Source: an uncultured Deinococcaceae bacterium (GTDB lineage: Bacteria; Deinococcota; Deinococci; Deinococcales; Deinococcaceae). From it: a stretch of DNA of 52,600 nt. Every line of letters begins with the position of its first letter. The stretch's first letter is position 1. This document shows positions 1 to 8,761 of the stretch, in pieces. The DNA lies in assembly GCA_964252075.1 (NCBI GenBank), contig CAXULY010000039.1, positions 1 through 52,600 of the forward strand. The letters run 5' to 3'. The notes beneath the pieces are model-generated. The model was not told the DNA's origin. It made no database searches and was given only the letters and a program-made list of their open reading frames with translations. The position numbers and the translations under genes are program-made.

Positions 1-137
1 TGGCTGGGGTGCGTCGTCTTGTCGGTGCAGCGTAATCAACCCGAGGATCAGTAGAGAGGCGCGAGAAGTTCACGGCGAATACCCTCGCTTCGTCAGCCGA
101 TGGAAGCTTTGCCGTGATGCGAACTCACAGTCCCAAA

Positions 138-154
138 TTATGTTACAATCAGAA
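138..154 (+). promoter_or_regulatory. RDRM-like (DdrO-binding) 17-bp site overlapping an extended -10 (TGnTACAAT)
   Basis: TTATGTTACAATCAGAA fits the Deinococcus RDRM pattern TT(A/C)(T/C)G...C(A/G)(G/T)AA at both ends. TACAAT lies at 144-149 and the ATG at 159. Confidence 0.55.
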
Positions 155-158
155 AACC

Positions 159-491
159 ATGGCGGTCGTTTTTCGAACATCAGAGCCAGCCAAGCTCCTT
201 GAGGCGTTTCGCGCCACCGTCGAGGATGGGTCTAACCCTGTCTGGCGTTGCAACGCTACAGGCCAAATCACTCACGCCTCGCATCGTTGGACCACTCAGG
301 CTTGGTTTCAACCCGTAGTAGAAGCCCACCAATTGGCTTTCTACACTTTGAAGCCGAGTTGTGGGCACCTGACCAGACAAACGTACGCCTTCTATCAGGC
401 TCAACTGGCCGAAACGTTCATCCAGCAATTCTTTGACTTATATGATGAAGTAGGCATCACGCCAAATGCCAACTGGCGTGAGTCGGCATGA
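159..491 (+). CDS. Hypothetical protein (~110 aa) at the edge of the defence island
   Basis: ORF 114..491. The ATG at 159 (MAVVFRTSEPAKLL...) follows a TACAAT -10. Composition looks globular, and the gene is convergent with the UvrD gene. Confidence 0.7.
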   Translation: MAVVFRTSEPAKLLEAFRATVEDGSNPVWRCNATGQITHASHRWTTQAWFQPVVEAHQLAFYTLKPSCGHLTRQTYAFYQAQLAETFIQQFFDLYDEVGITPNANWRESA

Positions 492-514
492 CCACTCGAG
501 ATATCAGTTCAAAT

Positions 515-2428
515 TTACCCGAGCTGCTGCACAGTCCATCCTGCTGAGCTAAGTTCCTGCTGTTGTTGTTCAGTTATGTGCGAGCGGCGCATGGCTAAGC
601 ACAAGAGTGCCTTGGGCCGAGTCATCGCGACATACGCGAGTTTTAGACGCTGCTGGTCGAGATCCACAGGTCCTTTTCTAGGTGGGCGTCCCGTTAACCA
701 AGGCAAAAGCGCGGTAAGGTCATGCTTCCGGTTGTACGTCTCAAGCAGCAGAGTGGCGTCATGTGTCTGACCTTTAACGGCGTGGATGGTGTCGAGCCCA
801 ATTCTTATTATTCCGGTTTCGGTCGTGCACTCGAATAAGTTGGAAGCCACTGTAGGTTCAGGCGCCTCTGGCAGCTCGGGTACTGACCGAATGAAGTCTA
901 GTGCGGCTGAACGCCAAGGTTGGCGCACTAACGGAGCGAGAACGGCCAAAATTGCAGCTTCCTCATCTGCCGCTTTAAGGTGATCGCTACTCGCAAGCCG
1001 TTGAATCCAAGTCAATAGTAATCGGTCAAGCGCGTGATCCGAATTGTGTAGCCGAAGCGTTCGCTTCACTGAAGTCGGGGTGTGCAATCTTTGTCCGCCA
1101 GGCTGCGTTGCGCCTTGTTCGCGTAAACACTGCACCAAGCCGTTCATTAGCACTTCGCGGACTGGCCCCGCCTGAGCTGGACCCTTCGTGCCTAGCACGT
1201 TCAATTGAATGCGAGCGTCATCCAGGGAAGTTTGAAGCGCGGTTGGATAGATGGTCGCCCGTATGCGCTTACTGAATGCGGGATGGTACGCGGGAATCGA
1301 TAGCCTATCGCTCTGGTCCTTCAATACTCCCACCGCTCCGACCGCCATGCACCGCCGCCAGCCCGGCCCATGTTGAGCAATCAGTGCCGCGAAGGCGGGC
1401 AGTACGGTCTGAGGTTTATCAAACAGCAACACGGTGTGAGGAAGTGCTGGAATGGCCGAAAGGCTGGTGAGTACGTGTGGTTCAGCGCTCATCCTGGCGC
1501 TGAGTTGGGCGATTGATGCACTCAGGCGACGGGTAGACGAGATTTTAAGTGAATTGTTCGTTGGCGTCCAAGCCCGCGCGGCACTGCTGGTGAAGATGCT
1601 CTGGTTGGTATCGCCGAACCGCTGGACCCACGGATGGTTTGCGAAGGTCTGGTCCAATAACGCCATTTGGAACTTGTCCGTGTCCTGCATTTCGTCAATG
1701 AATACGAAGGGGAAACGGCGGGCTAGAAGCTGGACGTAGGTAGGATGACGCTTTAGGTAAGCATGTCCTAGAGCGAAAGCGTCATGATATGCCAAACAGC
1801 CCAGGTGGGTTAACCGGTCCTTAAAGGCAAGGGCCGCTTGATACGATGCAGTGTGTGGGCCGCAAGGCAGATCGTGCTCTTCAGAGTCCCTATACAGCAC
1901 CGCCTGAGTGAGATCAGAGAAACGATAGCGGAGCATGGTCAGGTCAGTACCTGCTCGGCGGGCAAAGAATGCCTGTGCTCCGGGCGGCAGTGAGCCATAT
2001 CGCTTACGAACCTGCGCTGCGAAAGCGGCGTCATCAATCGCCCAAGGCCGTATGCCAAAGCGGGTAATCGCTTCTGGCACGGCCAAGTACTGGTTGACGA
2101 ACGACTGGATGGTCCCCACGAAGTGTGGGCGGCGCAGGAGACGCTGGCCCTCCTCACCCAGTTTATCGATCACTTCCTGCCGGGCCGCATTAGTGTGCGA
2201 GAGCACGCAAATGCCCTGCTGGTCGTCGGGCAACTGGTCAAGCAGAATAAGCAGCTTGGCTGTTAGGGTTGTTGTCTTCCCACTGCCGGGACACGCCTGA
2301 ACATCACATGATCCAGTGTGCCGTAACACAACGCGCCGCTCCTCATCGAAAGTAAACGAGTGGGCGGAACCCGCCGACCAACGTCGTTCGACAGCATCAA
2401 TGGCCGCGTCCGTCACGACAAAGATCAT
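515..2428 (-). CDS. gajB: UvrD/SF1 helicase, GajB-like
   Basis: Walker A ACPGSGKT, DEMQD, GDTNQSIF, TIHAVKGQT and YVAMTRP motifs. ATGA overlap with the upstream OLD nuclease gene. Confidence 0.85.
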   Translation of the reverse strand: MIFVVTDAAIDAVERRWSAGSAHSFTFDEERRVVLRHTGSCDVQACPGSGKTTTLTAKLLILLDQLPDDQQGICVLSHTNAARQEVIDKLGEEGQRLLRRPHFVGTIQSFVNQYLAVPEAITRFGIRPWAIDDAAFAAQVRKRYGSLPPGAQAFFARRAGTDLTMLRYRFSDLTQAVLYRDSEEHDLPCGPHTASYQAALAFKDRLTHLGCLAYHDAFALGHAYLKRHPTYVQLLARRFPFVFIDEMQDTDKFQMALLDQTFANHPWVQRFGDTNQSIFTSSAARAWTPTNNSLKISSTRRLSASIAQLSARMSAEPHVLTSLSAIPALPHTVLLFDKPQTVLPAFAALIAQHGPGWRRCMAVGAVGVLKDQSDRLSIPAYHPAFSKRIRATIYPTALQTSLDDARIQLNVLGTKGPAQAGPVREVLMNGLVQCLREQGATQPGGQRLHTPTSVKRTLRLHNSDHALDRLLLTWIQRLASSDHLKAADEEAAILAVLAPLVRQPWRSAALDFIRSVPELPEAPEPTVASNLFECTTETGIIRIGLDTIHAVKGQTHDATLLLETYNRKHDLTALLPWLTGRPPRKGPVDLDQQRLKLAYVAMTRPKALLCLAMRRSHITEQQQQELSSAGWTVQQLG

Positions 2429-4377
2429 GCCTCCACCGCGGTCAATTCCAACTCTGGTAGGGGCGCTTGGCGGGTCACGTAAGCCAGTGCTTCGACCAGA
2501 TAGCTTGGAAGACGCTTGGCGAGGTGCTCGCGGCGTGTTTCACCGCTTTGGCCTACATGCTTATGCCGAGTACGGCGAAATAACCAAGCTAGATAATAGG
2601 CCGTCTCAGTCTTCGAAACGCTTTTGGCCGCAAGTGGGCTGTATACATGGCAAGCAAGCTGAGAATTAGTCAGTCCAGGATGTTTTCGCCGCATGACGAC
2701 GTACTTCTGCACTGCCTCATTCAGCTGCTGTTCCCGCTCGTCCTCAGTCAGTATGTGTTCGTGCCGTGCCAGCTCACAGGCCACAAACACATGCAGCGCA
2801 AATCCGGACGCCGCCAAGTCATATTCCAGCGTCCACTCAGGCGACACGTACACCTTCACTGGCCCACCCTCGCTTTTCTCTCTCCGACGGGCGACGTGCC
2901 CGGCGATCTCTGCCGGGCTAAGCTCGTCCACAGTCTTCCGGTTAGCTTGTACCAGCGGACCGAGGCCGCCACCTGGCGTTTTGGCCTCCGGCGGTGGAAG
3001 GTCCCGATCAGTCAGGCAGGCGACCCGAACATCCATGGACTGACCATCCCGACGATGAAACACGCGAGCGTAACGGAAAAGACCGGTGCTGCCAACACTC
3101 ACGATAGATACACCAAATTTGGACAGTGAACGACCCAGAACGTCTGCCAGGGCTGGTAAGAGCAGTTGCTCCGCAGGACCCTCGACGATCATCACCCCAC
3201 GTGCGAAAAACAAGTTGGCCTTGGTCACGTCCAAGAAGTACCGCAAGTGCCCGTAATCGGCAGGTGCCAATCCGGTGAAGGTGCTGGCCATTGGGAAGGC
3301 GCGTCCCTTACGCATGAAAACCACGCTCTCAAGGTCCACGGACGACGCCAAGTGGGGACTGTGCGAGGAGAGAATCACCTGCACAGGTCGCTCGGCATGG
3401 GAGAGCTGCGCCTCCAAAAAAGCCATCAGACGAAGCTGCAACTGAGGGTGTAGGTGTGCTTCTGGCTCCTCGATCAAAGCGAGGCGTAAAGGGGCTTGCG
3501 GACCTTGGAGAAGCAGAAATTCGGTTGCGATAAAAAGTAGGTTGTCAAGGCCGAGGCCGTGACGGACGTCTTCTAGGGCCTCCTCAGCGATCGATAAGGC
3601 CAGACGCTCGAGGATCGCTCTGAGATTCATGGGCGCGACGCTGATGCGCGCCCGGAGAGCATCGTCTCCTAAAGTTAGCTGGGTAAGGTAGGTACCGTTG
3701 AGTTCGTTCATTCGATCAATCAAGACCGCGTGATCTCGGACGGCAGTATTGGCCTTGACCATGATGGAAATGAGCGTGCCCTCGTCTTGGTCATCTTTTT
3801 GTGCGGCCAAGTCGGGATGCACTCCCAGGATCTGCGATAGACGAGATCCCCGTTTCGCCTGCAACTCCTGCTCTGCGTCGCGTAAGGGTTTGAGGTATGT
3901 CGCCCGCAAACACTCTCGGGTTGCCCCATCGAAGGCTCGTCCATCCGCGTCTGGCCCGGCGGTAACTGTAATATCCAGCAGGCGGTCGAAGCGAGACCGC
4001 CTTTCCCGCTCGTCCCGCCGCCGCGCTTCGAGATGCACTGTAAGGCGAGGCGTAGTAGAACCATCCGCTTGACGAACCAGTTCCAGCCATTCGAGGAACA
4101 TGGCCGCTTCGTCATCATCCAAGTCGTCGAAGGTGCAGCGTATGGAGAAGCGTGTAGCAGGCTGTCCATTGCGCACGTGGAAATCCTGCGGGGTCACGCG
4201 GAGAAACTCCTGATCCCGCGTGCCCAGTAGGAGCCGAAGCGCGTCCATGATGGCGCTCTTACCAGAGTTGTTTTCGCCAACGATTAGGTTGAGGCCCGAC
4301 TGAAGCTGAAGGTTAAGTTTGTCTGAACCTTCTCCAAAAATGCGGTAGTTTTCGATCTCAACGAGTGAGAGGTGCAT
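2425..4377 (-). CDS. gajA: OLD-family ATP-dependent nuclease (ABC ATPase + TOPRIM), GajA-like
   Basis: GENNSGKS Walker A, IEEPEAHLHP Walker B, SSHSP H-loop, TOPRIM IVEGPAE and DRD. A GGAG RBS precedes the ATG at 4377. Confidence 0.87.
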   Translation of the reverse strand: MHLSLVEIENYRIFGEGSDKLNLQLQSGLNLIVGENNSGKSAIMDALRLLLGTRDQEFLRVTPQDFHVRNGQPATRFSIRCTFDDLDDDEAAMFLEWLELVRQADGSTTPRLTVHLEARRRDERERRSRFDRLLDITVTAGPDADGRAFDGATRECLRATYLKPLRDAEQELQAKRGSRLSQILGVHPDLAAQKDDQDEGTLISIMVKANTAVRDHAVLIDRMNELNGTYLTQLTLGDDALRARISVAPMNLRAILERLALSIAEEALEDVRHGLGLDNLLFIATEFLLLQGPQAPLRLALIEEPEAHLHPQLQLRLMAFLEAQLSHAERPVQVILSSHSPHLASSVDLESVVFMRKGRAFPMASTFTGLAPADYGHLRYFLDVTKANLFFARGVMIVEGPAEQLLLPALADVLGRSLSKFGVSIVSVGSTGLFRYARVFHRRDGQSMDVRVACLTDRDLPPPEAKTPGGGLGPLVQANRKTVDELSPAEIAGHVARRREKSEGGPVKVYVSPEWTLEYDLAASGFALHVFVACELARHEHILTEDEREQQLNEAVQKYVVMRRKHPGLTNSQLACHVYSPLAAKSVSKTETAYYLAWLFRRTRHKHVGQSGETRREHLAKRLPSYLVEALAYVTRQAPLPELELTAVEA

Positions 4378-4682
4378 ATTCGACTCCAAAAATGAGATGA
4401 CACCCTAAGTGTAAGTGCTGGTAGCGGCACGGACGCTCAAAATTGAGGGTTTGGGGAATACGTGGTATTTGGTTTTCCCAGGCGAAACCTGTACAGCCAT
4501 GAAAGCGGTTTGTACGGGAATGGCCACGCGCATCTTCGCAAAAGACTGGGCCACCCTCTTACGGCAAACGAAGGCCGAACAGATTCAGGTGGCCTGTGTC
4601 TGGCCCGCATTGTTCACCGCAAGAGTTGGACGGACGAAGTCTGTCAGCTCCTTGCGTAACCGGAGCTGCCGACCAGTTTCGA

Positions 4683-7600
4683 TTACGGTTTGGGCCAGCC
4701 CTCACGCACGTAGCGTGTGAGCTCGGCCCCTTGCAATTTGCGGGACTCGTTGCCAACGCGAGCGTAAAAATCCTGACCCAGATGGATAGGCTCATTCGCA
4801 GGTTGCACATCGACGCGACAGATCTCGTGGCCGTCCAGCACGGGAAACGAGATTCTGATGCGGGTTCCCACATCCGGCGTGATGGCCCCTCGCAGTTGCT
4901 GGCGCAGATACAGCTCAAACTTGTCGCGGGAACGCTCGGCCTTGGGACGGAGATTGAAATCCGGCCCAAGCCCCACGCCCCGGCCCTCATCGGTCACGCC
5001 GATGAGCAGGGTGCCGCCCTCTGCATTGGCAAAAGCCACCACAGTCTTGAACACTGCGTTTTTGATGTAGTCCGCCGCCTTATTGTCACGCACGTCCCAG
5101 CTGAAGGTCTGCTTGAACTCCAGCGTGGCCGACTCGCCGCCCGCCACCAACTTCACCAGTTCCGGGTCGCCCTCCGGGGGCGCAAGGTCGCGGAAGGCCT
5201 GGAGCGCTGCGTCCTTCACTTCCTGGGCCACCAGCGGGAAGGTGCCCAGAATGTGCATGAACTCCGGCTCGGTCAGCCCGTACAGGTGCGCCACCAGCCC
5301 GTCCAGCTCGGCGCGCAGCCGCGCCCGCCCGGCCTCGTCCGTCACGCCGTCCTCGTGCCCGCGCAGCCCCGCCGCCCGCGACAGCTCATCAAACTCCGGG
5401 GTGGTACAGATGAGGCGAGCCGCCGCCGTGACGATGGGCGCAAACGCCGGGTCGGAAGAGGTGAGGCGGGGCACGGGCAAGCCATAAACGAAGAAGAACG
5501 AGACGTGAGCCGTCACCCGCTGGCGAATAAGAGAATCGAGCAGAAAACTATTAAAAAGAGCTGTGGCAAACAACCGCTCGGCAGAACTGAGCGCCTGAAT
5601 GTTGTAAGTAATAGAGCCATTTTCTACAATATCAGTATACACCGCTTCAAGACTCATGGTGTGTGGGCAGAAAACATTGGGTTGTAGAATTGTTGCAATA
5701 AACGTTCTCAAGTCTGTATTACGCGCAACGTCCCGGAAAGCAATGCGATACGATTCATAGTCGAGGCGAATTGCGGAGGTGTCCAGCTTGACCCTCACCT
5801 CCTGCCTTTTCGCTTCACGCTCAATGTTCTTGACGCGGCCTGCCAGCAGCTCTTTACGCGCCTCGGACTCTTCCAGCCAGTATTTTGGCCCTCCCCAGTC
5901 GTGGCGGAACTGGTGAATCATCTTGCCTTCGTACAGCGGCAGGCGGCCCGGCCCCGGCTCGGTGCGGAACAGGTGGCTGTCGTCCGTCATATGAAGCTCG
6001 CGGCGTAAATTCAAGTTCCATACACCCTCAAGTTGCTCGCCAAGCAATGGGAAGCGCAGCATCTTCTCGGCAATGGTGGCGTCCAGGTCGCTCTTGAACT
6101 CCATCACGCTCAGGCTATCTGGCGAGAGGCGGCGCACGGTGTCCACCGAGATGTTCAGGCCCAGGGCGCCGGGAAAGTCCTCCAGGTCCTTCACGTCGTG
6201 GCGCATGAAGGCGGCGGGGAAGCTGGTCGTGTGCCCGCCCTTCCTGAACGTCAGCACCACGAACTTGAAGCGGCTGTCCACGTTGTCGAAAATCATCCTG
6301 CGGTTCTCGAAGCAGAACAGGCCCGTGACCTCGGTGCCCTCGAACAGCATCTCGCGCAGGCCCTTGGCGCCCAGGTCGGTGTACACGCCGCTGGGAATCA
6401 CGATGCCGCACTCGCCGCCGCCTCGCAGCAACCTGTAGCCCTGCTCTAGAAAGAGCTTGTACAGGTTCAGGTCAGTGCCAGCAGTCTTTCCATCCACAAC
6501 GCTTATTTGATGGGCAAACTGAGGGGCGCGACGGAAATAAGCGTTGATATGCGGGAAGCCCGACTGGTAGGCCAGCCACTCGGCCCGGACGGCGGGGTCA
6601 GTCAGCAGCTTGCCCCGCTCCTTCTCGAAGTCCTTGATGCTCATCTTGTTCTTGCTCACCGTGGGCGAGTAGCTCTGCAAGAACTCCTTGCCGTTGGGCT
6701 TCACGGTGTCCCAGGGCGGGTTGGCGATCACGGCATCGAAACCGCCGCGCTCCATCACCTCCGCGAACTCGAAGGCCCAGTGAAAGGGCTTCAGGTCCGT
6801 GATGTCCTTCAGCGTGAGTGGGCGCTTTCTGGGCTTGCCTTCCTTGCCCGCCTTCTCGTCCCAGGTGGCTTCCTCGTACCGGATCCCCAGGTCGTGAAAC
6901 TGCTTGTGCAGCAGTTCGTCCAGCACCGCGTAGGCGCGCTGCTTCTGGGTCTGAATCTGCTCGCGCACGCCTGTTAAATCCGTGATGCCCAGGGCGCTGG
7001 CGTGGCGGTAACTGCGCAGCAGCGCCTGACGCTCCCGCACGATGTCGGCGTAGGTCACGCTGCCCACGCCCAGCAGCATGGGCTGGTCGGCCCCCTTGCC
7101 CCGGCCCCGCTGGGCGTCGTAGGCGGCGGCGTCCACCTCCAAGAGCCCCACCAGGCTGTTGCCGCTCAGGATGTTGAAGTCAATGTTGGGCAGCGGCTCC
7201 AGGTCGTCCAGGGTGTGCGCGCTGCTCACCAGCGCCAGGAACAGGCGCAGCTTGGCGATCTCGGCGGCCTCGGGCATAAGGTCCACGCCGTAGAGGTTTT
7301 CGGTGATGATCTTCTTTTTCAGGTTGTAGCTGGCGTTCTCGTGCCGCCCGCGCAGCGCGGCGCGCCAGTCGTTCAGGGTGGGGTCGTTGAAGCGGTCAAT
7401 GTGGCCCATCAGGGCGGTGTAAATTTCCAGCAGGGTCTTGAGGGCCGCGACCAGAAAGGCGCCGGAGCCGCAGGCGGGGTCCAGCAGGCTCAGCGCCTTC
7501 AGGCCGTCCTCGGCGGTCAAGAGCGAGCGCACCAGACCCACGTCGGCGCTGGCAATCGCGTCGTTCAGGTTCTCGTGCTGGCGTGCCTCGGGCCGCCGCG

Positions 7601-8750
7601 CCGCGATCTTGTCCAGCACCAGCTTGCGGACCGTCTGCTCGCACAGGTACTCGGTGATCTCCGGGCGGGTGTAGTAGGCCCCGAAGCCCTTCTGGTTGAT
7701 GTACTTCTCGAAGATGTGCCCCAGCACGTCCGGGTCGAGGCCGCCCGCGTGCTTGTCCTGGTCGCTCAGGTTCCAGGTGAAGTCCCCGAACAATCTGAGC
7801 ACCACGTCAAAGGCCCGGTCGGGAATGCGGATGCTGTAGGCCGGGTTCAGCTCGATGCCGTGAGGCAGAAAGAGCCCGCCGTTCAGGTACGGAATCTGCC
7901 CCACGAGGTCGTTCGTGGCCGCTGTGCGCTGACCCTCTGGAAGCGCGAAGGCCTCGAAGAACAGCGCGGCCAGAAACTCGCTGTAATAACGGTCCGGGCC
8001 GCGCTTCTTGCTGGCCGTCATGTGGGTCTGCAGGTACTGGCGGTCGCCGTCACGCCCCGGCGTGCGGCCTAAAAAGCCCTTGCCTTGCAGGAAGTACACG
8101 AACATCAGGCGGTTGAGGGTCACGCTGGCGTACCAGGCCCGGTCGCGCGGGTCGCTGATCCCCTCGATCTGGCCCGCGAAGTCCTCGCGCACCGCCTTGA
8201 AGTTGTCGTAAAAGCGCCGGACCACGCCCTCGGTGTCGAGCGCGCTGCTCAGGCGCTGCGCCGCCTCGGTCACGCTCAGGTCGCCCTCGGCGTTCAGCTC
8301 CGCAATGTCCACGAACAGCCCCGCGAGGCGGCTCACGAACAGGTCGTCGGGCTGGCCCTTCACGAAGGTGTGGGTGCGCGGCTGGGTGCGGCGTCCGCCG
8401 TCGGCGTCCAGCTCGCGCTTGACCCAGTACCAGTGGCTGCGGGTGCGGCCCTGGTCCACGAAGATCAGCACGTGCTCGCGGGCAATCTTGAGCACCTCGT
8501 CGCTGACCCGGCGGCGCACCGCCTCCAGGGGCAGGGTGGTGGGGTCGTGGCCGCCCGTCACCTCCATGACCTGCACGCCGCCCAGCTGCGCGATGGGCTT
8601 CAGGGTCAAGGTCTCGTCGCCCACCTGCACGCGCTGCGGCCCGCCCGCGCGGTTCCAGCCCAGCACGTTCATGACCCCGGCAAAATCGAAGTCGCGCAGG
8701 TGTCCGCGCAGGTGTTTCAGTTCCTCAACGCTCAGGGTGAGTCGAGACAT
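4683..8750 (-). CDS. Eco57I-like N6-adenine DNA methyltransferase with TRD and C-terminal Schlafen/AlbA_2 domain
   Basis: GAYYTRP, LDPACGSGAFL (motif I) and NPPW (motif IV). The C-terminus has GESATLEFK...AFANAEGGTLLIGVTD...FYARVGNES, typical of AlbA_2. GGAGG precedes the ATG at 8750. Confidence 0.88.
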   Translation of the reverse strand: MSRLTLSVEELKHLRGHLRDFDFAGVMNVLGWNRAGGPQRVQVGDETLTLKPIAQLGGVQVMEVTGGHDPTTLPLEAVRRRVSDEVLKIAREHVLIFVDQGRTRSHWYWVKRELDADGGRRTQPRTHTFVKGQPDDLFVSRLAGLFVDIAELNAEGDLSVTEAAQRLSSALDTEGVVRRFYDNFKAVREDFAGQIEGISDPRDRAWYASVTLNRLMFVYFLQGKGFLGRTPGRDGDRQYLQTHMTASKKRGPDRYYSEFLAALFFEAFALPEGQRTAATNDLVGQIPYLNGGLFLPHGIELNPAYSIRIPDRAFDVVLRLFGDFTWNLSDQDKHAGGLDPDVLGHIFEKYINQKGFGAYYTRPEITEYLCEQTVRKLVLDKIAARRPEARQHENLNDAIASADVGLVRSLLTAEDGLKALSLLDPACGSGAFLVAALKTLLEIYTALMGHIDRFNDPTLNDWRAALRGRHENASYNLKKKIITENLYGVDLMPEAAEIAKLRLFLALVSSAHTLDDLEPLPNIDFNILSGNSLVGLLEVDAAAYDAQRGRGKGADQPMLLGVGSVTYADIVRERQALLRSYRHASALGITDLTGVREQIQTQKQRAYAVLDELLHKQFHDLGIRYEEATWDEKAGKEGKPRKRPLTLKDITDLKPFHWAFEFAEVMERGGFDAVIANPPWDTVKPNGKEFLQSYSPTVSKNKMSIKDFEKERGKLLTDPAVRAEWLAYQSGFPHINAYFRRAPQFAHQISVVDGKTAGTDLNLYKLFLEQGYRLLRGGGECGIVIPSGVYTDLGAKGLREMLFEGTEVTGLFCFENRRMIFDNVDSRFKFVVLTFRKGGHTTSFPAAFMRHDVKDLEDFPGALGLNISVDTVRRLSPDSLSVMEFKSDLDATIAEKMLRFPLLGEQLEGVWNLNLRRELHMTDDSHLFRTEPGPGRLPLYEGKMIHQFRHDWGGPKYWLEESEARKELLAGRVKNIEREAKRQEVRVKLDTSAIRLDYESYRIAFRDVARNTDLRTFIATILQPNVFCPHTMSLEAVYTDIVENGSITYNIQALSSAERLFATALFNSFLLDSLIRQRVTAHVSFFFVYGLPVPRLTSSDPAFAPIVTAAARLICTTPEFDELSRAAGLRGHEDGVTDEAGRARLRAELDGLVAHLYGLTEPEFMHILGTFPLVAQEVKDAALQAFRDLAPPEGDPELVKLVAGGESATLEFKQTFSWDVRDNKAADYIKNAVFKTVVAFANAEGGTLLIGVTDEGRGVGLGPDFNLRPKAERSRDKFELYLRQQLRGAITPDVGTRIRISFPVLDGHEICRVDVQPANEPIHLGQDFYARVGNESRKLQGAELTRYVREGWPKP

Positions 8751-8761
8751 ACGCCCTCCAT

